64,000 nucleotides of DNA, from contig OZ244852.1 of assembly GCA_965220965.1 (NCBI GenBank), positions 960,001 through 1,024,000 on the forward strand. The letters run 5' to 3'. Under the pieces are notes generated by a model. That model saw only the letters and a list, made by a program, of their open reading frames with translations, did not search any database and had not been told where the DNA came from. Below are positions 8,443 through 18,232 of this stretch, piece after piece (positions within the stretch are counted from its first letter, which is position 1; every line of letters starts with the position of its first letter). A program made the position numbers and the translations under genes. This DNA comes from Candidatus Marinacidobacterium sp. Lineage in GTDB: Bacteria > Acidobacteriota > Vicinamibacteria > Marinacidobacterales > Marinacidobacteraceae.

Positions 8443-9432
8443 TCAGCGTACACGGGCGACCGCCAGCGCCTCCTCGAGCGTCCGGGGCGGGCCGGCCAGT
8501 TTCAGATCGGCCTCGATTCCGGGCCAGGTTGCGTCCCGGGGCGGCAGTCCGACGATCTCGGCCCCCAGGACCGGTATTCCCCACCGGTTCGCCCACCCGG
8601 CGACCCGGTCGAAGGCGTCCCGAAGCGATGTCGCGCGGTAGTCGAGCAGGTTCATCGAGACCTGGGCCGCCCCGTCCGGCCAGGCGGAGTCGCGAAGCTC
8701 GACGCCGATGGCCCGAAGCGTGGGCCGCGGCGCGTTCCGCGGATCCCGGACCCGCGCCGCGATCCGACGCGCCGCCCGAAGGTCTGTCGCCAGGTTCACG
8801 TTGAAGGCGATCAGGAAGTCCCGGGCGCCGATCACCAGCGCCCCGGCGGCGGGGTGAAGGCGCGCCGGTCCGAAGTCGGGCCGCAGCTCCCCCCGCGCGA
8901 GCCGGGCGCCGAGCCCTTCGAGCCCGCCGCGCCGGATTTCCGGCAGCGTGCGTCCCGAGGGCGAGGCGTGGCCATAGAGGAACACCGGCAGCTCGCCAGC
9001 GTCGGCGAGCTCCGGACCCAGTTCCCGCGCCAGCGCGACGGCGCTCGCCATGCCGGTTCCTTCGAGAGGGATGAAGGGAAGCACGTCGAGCGCGCCGACA
9101 CGCGGATGCGCGCCGGCGTGCCGCCGGAGGTCGATCCGCTCCAGCGCCGTCCGCAGCAGGCGGCGCGAGGCGGCGCGGAGCTCCTCGGCCCCGCCGGCCA
9201 GCGTCAGGACGGTCCGGTGGTGCGATGCGTCCTGGTGGAGATCCAGAAGCAGGTCTCCCGCGCTGCCGGCCAGCGCCTGGATGGCGTCCCGCGAGCGTCC
9301 CTCGCTGAAGTTGGGCACGGCCTCGAGGAGCGGGGACGTCGCCTCGCCGCCGACCGGCCTCACGACGGACCCGCCGCGATCGGGCGCGGGTGAGGCCTCG
9401 CCTCGCGGGGGTCCGGTGGCGTCGTCGCGCAT
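8443..9432 (-). CDS. ftcD: Glutamate formimidoyltransferase
   Basis: EAVPNFSEGR, HHRTVLT, HPRVGALDVLPF, GARDFLIAFNVNL and QVSMNL. The true start may lie a little downstream. Confidence 0.9.
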   Translation of the reverse strand: MRDDATGPPRGEASPAPDRGGSVVRPVGGEATSPLLEAVPNFSEGRSRDAIQALAGSAGDLLLDLHQDASHHRTVLTLAGGAEELRAASRRLLRTALERIDLRRHAGAHPRVGALDVLPFIPLEGTGMASAVALARELGPELADAGELPVFLYGHASPSGRTLPEIRRGGLEGLGARLARGELRPDFGPARLHPAAGALVIGARDFLIAFNVNLATDLRAARRIAARVRDPRNAPRPTLRAIGVELRDSAWPDGAAQVSMNLLDYRATSLRDAFDRVAGWANRWGIPVLGAEIVGLPPRDATWPGIEADLKLAGPPRTLEEALAVARVR

Positions 9433-9590
9433 ACGACCTGGTCCCTCGGGGGGCCGGAGCCTGGGGTCGTTCGGTGGCCTCGGCGCCGGTCTTCCGTCGG
9501 TATAGTGACGCCGCCCGGGCTCTGGTCCTCCCTGCGCGCGGTCCGCTCATCCAGGCGTGGACCCGATTCCTCTGGCCGGCCGGGCCACCT

Positions 9591-10577
9591 TTGAGCGGAA
9601 GCGAGTCGGATACCACCGGGCCCCCGGCCGGCGCTGAAGAGCCCGCCGATGCGCCCCCGAACCCGGCGGAAGAATCTTCCGGCGGCGCGCACGGGCCCTC
9701 GGATCCCGAGGGCGACGAGGATGTCCGCGAACGCGTCGAACGCGCGCTCGACCGGGGGCGGCCGCGCCCGGCTTCTTCCGCGGCCTCCGGGGAGCGCGCG
9801 GAGGCGCCCGAGCCGGCTTCCCCACCGCCGGGACACTGGAGCGAGACGCTCCGGCAGAGAATCGGGGAGTCGGTGGAACCTGGCTCTTCCGGCGCCGGGA
9901 GGCCGGGCGCCGGTAGGGAGCCCGGGGAAGATCGGGCGGAGGTGCGCCACCGGGTGACCCGGCGTCTCGACCAGGGCGAAGCGCGACGGCAGGCGATGCG
10001 CGAGCGGACGGCGCGCCCGGTCCGGACCGATGCGCCGGCTTCCCCGACCTCGCCGTCCGGATCGGTGGAAGGGCGAGCCAGGGATCCGGGCCCGACGGCC
10101 GCCGCGTCCCTCTCCGCTCCCGGGTCGAGCCGGTCCCGATCGCGCCTCGCCGAGATCCTCGCCACCTGTCTCTTCATCGGCAGGATCCCGCTGGCCCCCG
10201 GGACCTTCGGCGCGGCGCTCGGGCTGGCGGCGTTCTGGGGAACCCGGAGCCTGAGCGTTCCGATCCAGGCCGGGCTGCTGATCGCGGCCACCCTCGCGGG
10301 CGTCTGGGCCGCCCACCGGCACGCCGCCGACCTGAAGACGAAAGACCCACAGTCCATCGTGGTGGACGAGTTCGTCGGGATGTGGCTCGCGCTGGTCGCG
10401 CTGGACAACCCGTCCGGCGCCACCCTGGCGGCGGCGTTCGTCGGCTTCCGCGCGCTCGACATCGTGAAGCCGCCGCCGGTGAGCTGGGCGGAACGGCTTC
10501 CGGGGGGACTCGGGATCATGGCGGATGATCTGGTCGCGGGCGCGCTCGTCCGGGCGGCTTTCGTCCTGTTCCTCTGA
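9591..10577 (+). CDS. pgpA: Phosphatidylglycerophosphatase A with long N-terminal extension
   Basis: C-terminal APGTFGA, DPQSIVVDEFVG, FRALDIVKP and GIMADDLVAG motifs. Start uncertain (TTG 9591 chosen). A TATAGT -10-like box lies at 9501-9506. Confidence 0.8.
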   Translation: MSGSESDTTGPPAGAEEPADAPPNPAEESSGGAHGPSDPEGDEDVRERVERALDRGRPRPASSAASGERAEAPEPASPPPGHWSETLRQRIGESVEPGSSGAGRPGAGREPGEDRAEVRHRVTRRLDQGEARRQAMRERTARPVRTDAPASPTSPSGSVEGRARDPGPTAAASLSAPGSSRSRSRLAEILATCLFIGRIPLAPGTFGAALGLAAFWGTRSLSVPIQAGLLIAATLAGVWAAHRHAADLKTKDPQSIVVDEFVGMWLALVALDNPSGATLAAAFVGFRALDIVKPPPVSWAERLPGGLGIMADDLVAGALVRAAFVLFL

Positions 10578-10581
10578 CGCC

Positions 10582-11943
10582 ATGGTCGAGCCGGTTTCCG
10601 GCGGCTCGCAGGGCGGAGGCCCCGACTCGCCGCCCCTGACCGCCGCAGCGATCGTGGCGGTGGGAACCGAGCTGCTGGGGCCGGACCGCGTGGACCGGAA
10701 CACCCCGGCGCTCAAGCGGGCCCTCGCCGAGGTCGGCATTCCGGTGGTGTTCACCGCGGTCGTGGGCGACGACGAGGCGGCCCTGACGGACACGCTGCGG
10801 CTCGCCATGGAGCGCGCGCCCCTCGTCTTCGCCACCGGAGGCCTGGGTCCCACCACCGATGACCGGACGCGGTTCGCCGCCGCCCGGGTCCTGGGAGTCC
10901 GGCTCTCGGAGCATGCGCCGTCTCTCGCGGCGATCCGGTCCCGGTTCCGGGGGCGCGCGGTTCCCATGCCGGAAATCAACCGGCGACAGGCGCTGATCCC
11001 TGATGGGGCGACCGCGCTTCCCAACCCGGCGGGGACGGCGCCCGGAGTGCTCGCCCGCGGCCGCGGATCGACGCTCGTCCTGCTGCCCGGGCCGCCGAAG
11101 GAGCTGAAGGCGGTCTTCGAGGCGGAGGTTCGGCCGAGGCTGCCCGGCCCCGGGAAGGGCGCGGCCCCCCGGATCACCGAGACCCTCCTGGTGGCCGGGC
11201 TCCCGGAGTCGCAGCTCCAGGAGCGGATTCTCGACCTGACGCCTCAACCCGAAGCGCCCGAAGAGCTCGCGATCCTGGCGCACGGAGGCGAGATCGAAAT
11301 CCGGGTGAGCGGGCCCGCCGCTGACGCGGAGCGTGTGCGACAGGCCGCCGCCCGGATCGGCCGGCGTCTGGGCCCGGCGGTCTTCAGCCGCGCTCCCGCG
11401 GAGCACCTGGAGCACGCGGTGGGGCGGCTCCTGCTGGCGCGGGGCGAGCGGGTCGCGGTGGCGGAGTCGCTGACCGGCGGGCGAATCGCGGAGCGGATCA
11501 CCGCGGTCCCCGGGGCCTCGCAATGGTTCGACCTCGCGGTGACCGCTTACGCGAACGAGGCCAAGGAGGCCCTGCTGGACGTGTCGGGCGCGACGCTCGC
11601 CAGCGTCGGAGCGGTCAGCCGCGAGACCGCCCTCGCGATGGCGGAAGGGGTCCGTCGAAGGGCCGGGAACAACCTCGGCCGCCCCGCGGAGAAGATCTGG
11701 GGGCTCGCGGTGACCGGGATCGCCGGCCCGGGTGGCGGGACTCCGCAGAAGCCGGTCGGCCTCGTCTGGATCGCGGTGTCCGGACCGGAAACCCGCGCCC
11801 ACTGCTTCCGGTTCCCGGGAGACCGCGAGGCGATCCGCCAGCTCACCTCGGCGGCGGCGCTCGACCTCCTTCGCCGCACCATCCTTGCGATTCAGGGGAA
11901 CGGGGAAGTCGGACTGCCGGGCTTCGCCTCGAGAGAGCGATGA
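10582..11943 (+). CDS. cinA: CinA-family protein (MoCF-like domain plus NMN deamidase PncC domain)
   Basis: VAVGTELL, TGGLGPTTDD, LPGPPKE, AVAESLTGG and TGIAGPGGG...KPVG. Confidence 0.93.
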   Translation: MVEPVSGGSQGGGPDSPPLTAAAIVAVGTELLGPDRVDRNTPALKRALAEVGIPVVFTAVVGDDEAALTDTLRLAMERAPLVFATGGLGPTTDDRTRFAAARVLGVRLSEHAPSLAAIRSRFRGRAVPMPEINRRQALIPDGATALPNPAGTAPGVLARGRGSTLVLLPGPPKELKAVFEAEVRPRLPGPGKGAAPRITETLLVAGLPESQLQERILDLTPQPEAPEELAILAHGGEIEIRVSGPAADAERVRQAAARIGRRLGPAVFSRAPAEHLEHAVGRLLLARGERVAVAESLTGGRIAERITAVPGASQWFDLAVTAYANEAKEALLDVSGATLASVGAVSRETALAMAEGVRRRAGNNLGRPAEKIWGLAVTGIAGPGGGTPQKPVGLVWIAVSGPETRAHCFRFPGDREAIRQLTSAAALDLLRRTILAIQGNGEVGLPGFASRER

Positions 11944-12533
11944 GCGCGGCGCGGCTGTTCGTTGCGCTGCCGCTCCCACCGGACACTCGTCGGGACCTGG
12001 CGCGGGCCGCTGCGGAACTCGCCGTCGGTCTGCCCGCCAGACAGGCGCGGGTCGTCCCGGAAGAGAACCTGCACGTCACGCTGCGTTTCTTCGGGGACGC
12101 CGCACCTGCGGAAGTCCTGGCCGAGGCGCTTCGGGAGGCGCTTCCGGCGTTCCCGGCGCCCCTTCGCCTCAGGCCGGCCGGTTTCGGGGCGTTTCCCTCG
12201 CTCCGGCGCGCCCGCGTGCTCTACGCGGCGCTCCCGGGGGAGGATCCGGGAGCCATCGACGCCCTTCAAGGAGCCGCGGAGCGGGTGGCGCGGATGGTCG
12301 GCCTCCCGGATGAATCCCGGCCCTTCGTTCCGCATGGAACGCTCCTGCGTCTCCGTCGCCCAGCCTGCCTCTCGCCGGCGCTGCTCGCCGCCGCGGAGGC
12401 GCACGCGCCCACGGCGTCATTCACCGTGGACGAGGCCCACCTCATCGCGAGCGCGCTGAGACCGTCCGGTCCCGAGTACCGCGTGGTCAGCCGGTTTCCG
12501 CTCAGTCCCCGTCCGTCGCGGCCTCCGGAGTGA
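11940..12533 (+). CDS. thpR: RNA 2',3'-cyclic phosphodiesterase
   Basis: RLFVAL start and two HxT motifs (LHVTLRF, PHGTL). ATGA-coupled to cinA. Confidence 0.88.
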   Translation: MSAARLFVALPLPPDTRRDLARAAAELAVGLPARQARVVPEENLHVTLRFFGDAAPAEVLAEALREALPAFPAPLRLRPAGFGAFPSLRRARVLYAALPGEDPGAIDALQGAAERVARMVGLPDESRPFVPHGTLLRLRRPACLSPALLAAAEAHAPTASFTVDEAHLIASALRPSGPEYRVVSRFPLSPRPSRPPE

Positions 12534-13134
12534 CGCTGGCCTGGAGCACGTACTTGGCGAGGATGTCGTATTCGAGATTCACCCGGTCCCCGGCGCGGAG
12601 GGCGCCCAGGGTCGTGTGCTCCCGGGTGTGCGGAATCAGCATGACCTCGAAGCGCCGGGCGGCGGGATGCGAGGCGGCGACGGTCAGGCTGACCCCATCG
12701 AGGGCGATGGATCCCTTCTCCACGACCCAGCGCGGCTCGGGGTGGACCACCAGCACCCGGTAATCCGCGTCCGTTCCGCCAGCGGCCGCGACCTCTCCGA
12801 CGCCGTCCACATGGCCCTGAACGAAGTGGCCGCCCAGGCGGTCCCCCACGCGGAGCGCCAGCTCGAGATTGACCGGGGATCCGGCGCGGAGGTCGCCAAG
12901 CGTCGTGCGGGCGAGAGTTTCGGCGGCGACCTCGAAGCTTGCCCCACGCTGGTCGGGCGTCTTCGAGACCACGGTCAGACAGACGCCGGAGATCGCCACG
13001 CTGTCGCCCTCCGCGGTCCCGGCGAGAAGAGCGTCCCCGGCGTCCGCGCCGCGCACCGTGATGCGGCGCGAGCCCTCGGCGAGATCCGACACCTCGGTGA
13101 TGTCCCCGAGGGCGGCCACCAGCCCGGTGAACAT
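12502..13134 (-). CDS. ribE: Riboflavin synthase alpha chain
   Basis: Invariant MFTG start, GDSVAISGVCLTV, VNLELAL, GGHFVQGHVD and KGSIALDGVSLTV. Confidence 0.95.
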   Translation of the reverse strand: MFTGLVAALGDITEVSDLAEGSRRITVRGADAGDALLAGTAEGDSVAISGVCLTVVSKTPDQRGASFEVAAETLARTTLGDLRAGSPVNLELALRVGDRLGGHFVQGHVDGVGEVAAAGGTDADYRVLVVHPEPRWVVEKGSIALDGVSLTVAASHPAARRFEVMLIPHTREHTTLGALRAGDRVNLEYDILAKYVLQASVTPEAATDGD

Positions 13135-13198
13135 GCCGGAAAGACTGACCCCGAAGCCTTCCGGACGCAACCCCGGGATTGCCCGTAGGATGCCCCGG

Positions 13199-14308
13199 GT
13201 GGATGAGAGATTCCTGCGCCGCGCGCTCGAGCTCGCCGCGCTCGGCCGCTACACCGCTCCCCCGAATCCCGCGGTGGGCGCCGTTCTGGTCCGTGAGGGC
13301 CGGGTGCTGGCCGAGGGGTTCCATGCCCGGACCGGGGGTCCGCACGCCGAGGCGCAGGTGCTCCGCGTCGCCGCGCCGGCGCGGGGGGCCACGCTCTATG
13401 TGAATCTCGAACCCTGCTGCCACGTCGGAAGGACGCCGCCCTGCGTCGAGCGCATCATCGCCTCCGGCGTTCAGCGGGTTGTCGCGGCGCACCCCGACCC
13501 TGACCCCCGCGTCCACGGCGGCGGGTTTCGCAGGTTGCGGGCCGCCGGGATCGAAGTTCGCACTGGGGTCCTGCGGGCCGAGGCCGAGGCGCTGAATTCC
13601 GCGTTCTTCCGGTACCTGCGGACGGGGCTGCCCTGGGTCACGGTGAAGGCGGCGATCTCCGCGGACGGGGTCATGGCCCCGCCGGGCGCGAAGTGGATCA
13701 CCCGCCCGGCGGCCCGGCGGCACGGGCGGGTGCTGCGGCGGGAGAACGACGCCCTGCTGACGGGAATCGCGACCGTGGCCGCCGACGACCCCCGGATGAC
13801 GGCTCGCCCGCGTCGCGGCGCCCGCTCGCTGCTGCGGGTGGTGCTCGACCCGAGGCTTCGGATTCCGCCGGACGCGCGAATCCTCGAGAACCGGGAGCGT
13901 GACCCGGTGCTGCTGGTGGCGGCCCCCGGAGCGCCGGGTTCGGCCCGCCGGCGCCTCGAGCGGCTCGGGGTCGAAGTCTTCGAGGCGGGACTGGCGGGTG
14001 GGGGCGCGGCCGGCCGGCGCGCGGCGGTCGCGCTCCCGCAGGTCCTCGCCGAACTGGGGCGCCGGGGAGTCCGGACCCTGCTGGTGGAGGCGGGTCCGCG
14101 GGTCACCTCGGCGTTCCTGAAGGAAGGGCTCGCCGATCGGCTCGTGCTCTACATCGCTTCGCGCTTTCTCGGCCGGGGCGAAGGCGCCGGACTCTTCGAC
14201 GCGGCGCGCGGCGGGCCGGCTTCCGCGCCGGCCCCGGGCGCCGCCCGCTACGCGTGCGTGGGCCAGGACCTGCTGGCGGAACTGCGGCTGGACAACGGGG
14301 TCAACTGA
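13199..14308 (+). CDS. ribD: Bifunctional riboflavin deaminase/reductase RibD
   Basis: PNPAVGAV, HAE, LEPCCHVGRTPPC and DDPRMTAR. Start is GTG 13199 or ATG 13190. Confidence 0.95.
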   Translation: MDERFLRRALELAALGRYTAPPNPAVGAVLVREGRVLAEGFHARTGGPHAEAQVLRVAAPARGATLYVNLEPCCHVGRTPPCVERIIASGVQRVVAAHPDPDPRVHGGGFRRLRAAGIEVRTGVLRAEAEALNSAFFRYLRTGLPWVTVKAAISADGVMAPPGAKWITRPAARRHGRVLRRENDALLTGIATVAADDPRMTARPRRGARSLLRVVLDPRLRIPPDARILENRERDPVLLVAAPGAPGSARRRLERLGVEVFEAGLAGGGAAGRRAAVALPQVLAELGRRGVRTLLVEAGPRVTSAFLKEGLADRLVLYIASRFLGRGEGAGLFDAARGGPASAPAPGAARYACVGQDLLAELRLDNGVN

Positions 14309-14386
14309 GATTGGCGGGCTAAAATCAATCGTTTACGGAAGAGATTCACCCCGGGGGTGGGAGCCCCCGCATAAGGGAGCCGTCAG

Positions 14387-15640
14387 TTGCCGAAGTCCCT
14401 TGAGCCGACGGAGCCGGAAGCGCGCGGCGCCGCCGAGCCGCCCTTTCTGACCGTCGAGCAGGCCGCAGCGGAGATCGCCGCCGGCCGGATCGTCATCGTT
14501 GTAGACGACGAGGATCGCGAGAACGAGGGCGACCTCACGATCGCCGCCGAGAAGGTCACTCCGGAGGCCATCAACTTCATGGCGGTCCATGGCCGCGGCC
14601 TGGTCTGTATGCCGATGACCGGCGAGCGTCTGGACGAGCTCGAAATCCCGCTCATGGTCGAGGACAACACCTCGACCCTCGAGACCGCCTTCTGCGTCTC
14701 CGTCGAGGCGCGTGACGGCGTCACGACCGGAATCTCCGCCGCCGACCGCGCCCGGACCATCCTGGTGGCGATCCAGGAAGAGACCCGCCCCCAGGATCTG
14801 GTGCGGCCGGGGCACGTGTTCCCGCTCCGGGCCCGACCCGGCGGGGTCCTGCAGCGGGCCGGCCAGACGGAGGCCGGCGTGGACCTCGCCCGGATCGCGG
14901 GCCTCTACCCGGCGGCCGTGATCTGCGAGGTCATGAACGAGGACGGGAACATGGCCCGCCTTCCCGACCTGATCCGTTTCGCGGAGAAACACGGGCTCGG
15001 AATCGTGAGCGTGGCCGACCTGATCCGCTATCGGCTCACCAACGAATCCCTCGTGCGGCGGCTGGCCGAGACCGTCCTCCCGACCGAGTTCGGGGAGTTC
15101 CGTACCTACGCCTACGAGAACACTCTCGACGGAACGAAGCACCTCGTGCTCCAGATGGGGGAGGCCCACCCGGACGGGCCGGTCCTGGTGCGGGTCCACA
15201 GCCAGTGCCTGACCGGAGAGGTCTTCGGCTCGATGCGGTGCGACTGCGGGCCGCAGCTGCGCGCCGCGCTGGCCGCGATCGGCGAAGCCGGACACGGAAT
15301 CCTGCTCTACCTGAACCAGGAGGGACGGGGCATCGGCCTCGTCAACAAGCTGCGGGCCTATGCGGCGCAGGACACCGGAATGGACACGGTGGACGCGAAC
15401 ACCCACCTCGGGTTTCGGGCGGACCAGCGGGAGTACGGCGTCGGAGCGCAGATCCTTCGTCACCTCGGGGTCGGGCGGATCCGGTTGCTCACCAACAACC
15501 CCCGCAAGTTCATCGCCCTCGAGGCGCACGGCCTCAGGATCGAGGAGCGCGTGTCGATCGAGGTCCCCGCCAACGAACATTCGCGCGACTACCTGCTCAC
15601 CAAGAAGCGCCGGATGGGGCATCTCCTGACGGAGGTGTGA
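14387..15640 (+). CDS. ribBA: DHBP synthase / GTP cyclohydrolase II
   Basis: [44 protein letters not shown] and LLTNNP. Confidence 0.97.
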   Translation: MPKSLEPTEPEARGAAEPPFLTVEQAAAEIAAGRIVIVVDDEDRENEGDLTIAAEKVTPEAINFMAVHGRGLVCMPMTGERLDELEIPLMVEDNTSTLETAFCVSVEARDGVTTGISAADRARTILVAIQEETRPQDLVRPGHVFPLRARPGGVLQRAGQTEAGVDLARIAGLYPAAVICEVMNEDGNMARLPDLIRFAEKHGLGIVSVADLIRYRLTNESLVRRLAETVLPTEFGEFRTYAYENTLDGTKHLVLQMGEAHPDGPVLVRVHSQCLTGEVFGSMRCDCGPQLRAALAAIGEAGHGILLYLNQEGRGIGLVNKLRAYAAQDTGMDTVDANTHLGFRADQREYGVGAQILRHLGVGRIRLLTNNPRKFIALEAHGLRIEERVSIEVPANEHSRDYLLTKKRRMGHLLTEV

Positions 15641-15726
15641 CCTCTGTCCGGAGGGCCGTTCCGGACACCGGAACCGGCCTTTCGCTGATTTAGAATCCTG
15701 CGTTCCCGGGGGCGCCGGGGGACTCA

Positions 15727-16413
15727 ATGCGCAGCGAAGACCGACACCGCCTCGAGACGGACGAGTTCCTCCTCCGGATGGACCGCGGGCTCGACTGGGC
15801 GATGGCGAACCGCCGGTTTCTGCTGACGGTGATCGCCGGCGTCCTCGGGGCCTCGCTCCTCCTCGGTGGACTCCTGGTGAACCGCAGCAACCGCAAGGAG
15901 ACCGCCCGAACCCGGCTGGGCATCCTGACCGCGGAGCTCCAGGGCGTCACCGGAGGCGACGAGGAGCTCGAGGAGCCCTGCGGCACGGTCCGCGGGGAAC
16001 TGGAGGGGCTGGTCGAGAGCGAGGCGGCTTCCGTAGAGGGCCGCACCGCCTCCTACTATCTGGGCGTCTGCCAGCGCGCCGCCGGTGAGCTCGACGCCGC
16101 CGCCGGCAGTTTCACGGCCGCCCGGGCGCGCCGCGACCTCATCGGGGATCTGGCGGCCTTGAGCCTCGCCGGGGTTCAGCGGCGCCTCGGCCAGACCGAG
16201 GAGGCCGCGCTGACCTATCGCAGCCTCCTCGACGGGAACGCCGGAGTGCCGTTGGATCCGGTTCTCTTCGAGCTGGGGGTCCTCGAGGAGGAAGCCGGCC
16301 GACCCGAGGCCGCCGCGGCCCTCTACGAACGGATCGCCGACGAGCACCCCGGCTCGGCCTTCGGAGACCTCGCGGAGGCGCGTCGCGACCGGATCGCCGG
16401 AGCCACCCCCTGA
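15727..16413 (+). CDS. YfgM-like membrane-anchored TPR protein
   Basis: RHRLETDEF start, one TM, then TPR-like helices ending YERIADEHPGS. Confidence 0.65.
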   Translation: MRSEDRHRLETDEFLLRMDRGLDWAMANRRFLLTVIAGVLGASLLLGGLLVNRSNRKETARTRLGILTAELQGVTGGDEELEEPCGTVRGELEGLVESEAASVEGRTASYYLGVCQRAAGELDAAAGSFTAARARRDLIGDLAALSLAGVQRRLGQTEEAALTYRSLLDGNAGVPLDPVLFELGVLEEEAGRPEAAAALYERIADEHPGSAFGDLAEARRDRIAGATP

Positions 16414-16435
16414 CGGAGCGCGGGTCGCATCCGGG

Positions 16436-18208
16436 GTGGCCGACCTGGATCAGCCGCTGACCGGCTCCGCCGGTGTGGCGCCTCCGCCGCCCCGGCGTCG
16501 AGGCGGCGCCCGGCGGGGCTGCCTGCTGGGGCTCATGGTGGTGGCGGCGGTGGGGGCCGCCGTCCTGCTGCTGCTCGCCGGGGTGGGCCTGTTTCTCGGG
16601 CCGGGACCGACGGTTCCCGAGGGCAGCGTCGTCGTGGTTCCCGCCGGTCGCGACGACCCGGAGACCGTTCCCTTCGCCCCGTTCTTCTTCATGGACCCGG
16701 GCCCCGGTTTCCATCAGGTGATCGCGGGCATCACCCGCGCCGCCGACGACCCGAGGATCGCCGGCATCCACCTGCGAATCGAGGAGGGCGGCCTCGGATG
16801 GGGCCGGGCGGGTGAGCTGCGCGACGCCGTGATGGCCGCCCGCGAGGCCGGCAAGCGGGTCACCGCTTCGGTCACCTACGCCGGGGCGCAGGGGGTTTAT
16901 CTCGCGAGCGCGGCGTCCCGGATCACGATGCACCCCCGCGGCCAGCTCGCGCTCACCGGGCTCCATCTGGAAGTCCTCTACTACGGAGAGCTTCTGGACA
17001 AGCTGGGCGTCGAGGTCCAGTTCGAGGCCATCGGCCCCTGGAAGACGGCGCCCGAGGTCTACACCGGCTCCGCCATGACGGAGGAGAACCGCACGCAGTT
17101 GACCGCGCTCGGGGAGCAGATCCGGACGGAAGTCGCGCAGGCGGTCGCGGAGGGGCGCGGGCTCGCCCCCGAGGAGGCCGGGCGCCTGCTGGCCGACGGG
17201 CCCTGGACCGCGGGACGCGCCCTCGAACTGGGCCTCGTGGACGAGCTGGACTACCACGACGGCATCGAAGCCGATCTGGTGGGGAAGGGCGGCGGACGGC
17301 TGGTTCCCATCGGGGACTACCTCGCCTCGGCCCGCGCCGGATTCGATGCCGGCGGGCCCCGGATCGCCGTCGTCCACGTGGACGGCATGGTCGCGCCCGG
17401 CCGGAGCCGCGAGGACGTGGCCCTGGGCCGCATCTCGGGAGCGGAATCGGTCGTGGAGGCGCTCGAGCAGGTCGAGCAGGATGCGGGATTCGACGGCGTG
17501 GTCCTCCGGATCTCGAGCCCGGGCGGATTCGACAGTTCGTCCGACAGCGTCTGGCGGGCCGCGAGCCGCATCCGCGACACCGGACGGCCGCTCGTCGCCT
17601 CGTTCGGCGATACCGCGGCTTCCGGCGGATACTGGATCGCCACCGCGGCGGACCATGTGCTCGCGACTCCCATGACCACGACCGGCTCCATCGGGGTGTT
17701 CGCCGGGAAGTTCTCGATCGCCGGCCTCCTCGAGAAGGTGGGCGTCGCGGCCGAGTCGGTGGATATCGGGGGCAGCGGGGCGTGGACGAGCCTGGCCTCG
17801 CCGTTCGCGGAAACGGAGCTCCTCCGCCTCCGCGAGGGGATCGAGGAGACCTACGAGGTGTTCCTCGAGCGGGTGGCCGCCGCGCGCGGCATGACGACCG
17901 GGGAAGTCCGGGAGCGGGCGGAAGGTCGCGTCTATTCGGGCGCCGCCGCTCTCGCCGCCGGACTGGTGGACGAACTCGGGGGGCTTCCGCAGGCCGTCCG
18001 GCTTGCCTCCACGGAGGCGGGCTTTCCCGAAGACGCCCGGATCCGGACGGTCCATCTCCCGGAGCCCCCCAGTTTCGCCGACGCGCTCCGGAGCGAGCTG
18101 CAGACCGGCCTCCCGCCGGTTCAGCTTCGCGAACGCTTCCCGCTGCTCTTCGAGGCCCTGTCGGGGGTCCGGCTCACCCTCCTGCCGTTCGAACCGCGCT
18201 TTCGCTGA
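16436..18208 (+). CDS. sppA: Signal peptide peptidase SppA (two-domain type)
   Basis: GPWKTAPE, LRISSPGG, AASGGYWIA, TGSIGV and AEGRVYSG. Confidence 0.92.
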   Translation: MADLDQPLTGSAGVAPPPPRRRGGARRGCLLGLMVVAAVGAAVLLLLAGVGLFLGPGPTVPEGSVVVVPAGRDDPETVPFAPFFFMDPGPGFHQVIAGITRAADDPRIAGIHLRIEEGGLGWGRAGELRDAVMAAREAGKRVTASVTYAGAQGVYLASAASRITMHPRGQLALTGLHLEVLYYGELLDKLGVEVQFEAIGPWKTAPEVYTGSAMTEENRTQLTALGEQIRTEVAQAVAEGRGLAPEEAGRLLADGPWTAGRALELGLVDELDYHDGIEADLVGKGGGRLVPIGDYLASARAGFDAGGPRIAVVHVDGMVAPGRSREDVALGRISGAESVVEALEQVEQDAGFDGVVLRISSPGGFDSSSDSVWRAASRIRDTGRPLVASFGDTAASGGYWIATAADHVLATPMTTTGSIGVFAGKFSIAGLLEKVGVAAESVDIGGSGAWTSLASPFAETELLRLREGIEETYEVFLERVAAARGMTTGEVRERAEGRVYSGAAALAAGLVDELGGLPQAVRLASTEAGFPEDARIRTVHLPEPPSFADALRSELQTGLPPVQLRERFPLLFEALSGVRLTLLPFEPRFR

Positions 18209-18232
18209 GAAGCGGCGCCGGCGGCCCGCCGG

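Noticed and set aside
14309-14386. Possible FMN riboswitch before ribBA
   Set aside because: The gap is only 78 nt and lacks RFN conserved motifs. It holds just a TAAAAT box, a small hairpin and an SD.
15645-15667. Hairpin TGTCCGGA-N7-TCCGGACA after ribBA as an intrinsic terminator
   Set aside because: There is no adjacent U-tract, and such stems arise easily in GC-rich DNA, so it was not called.
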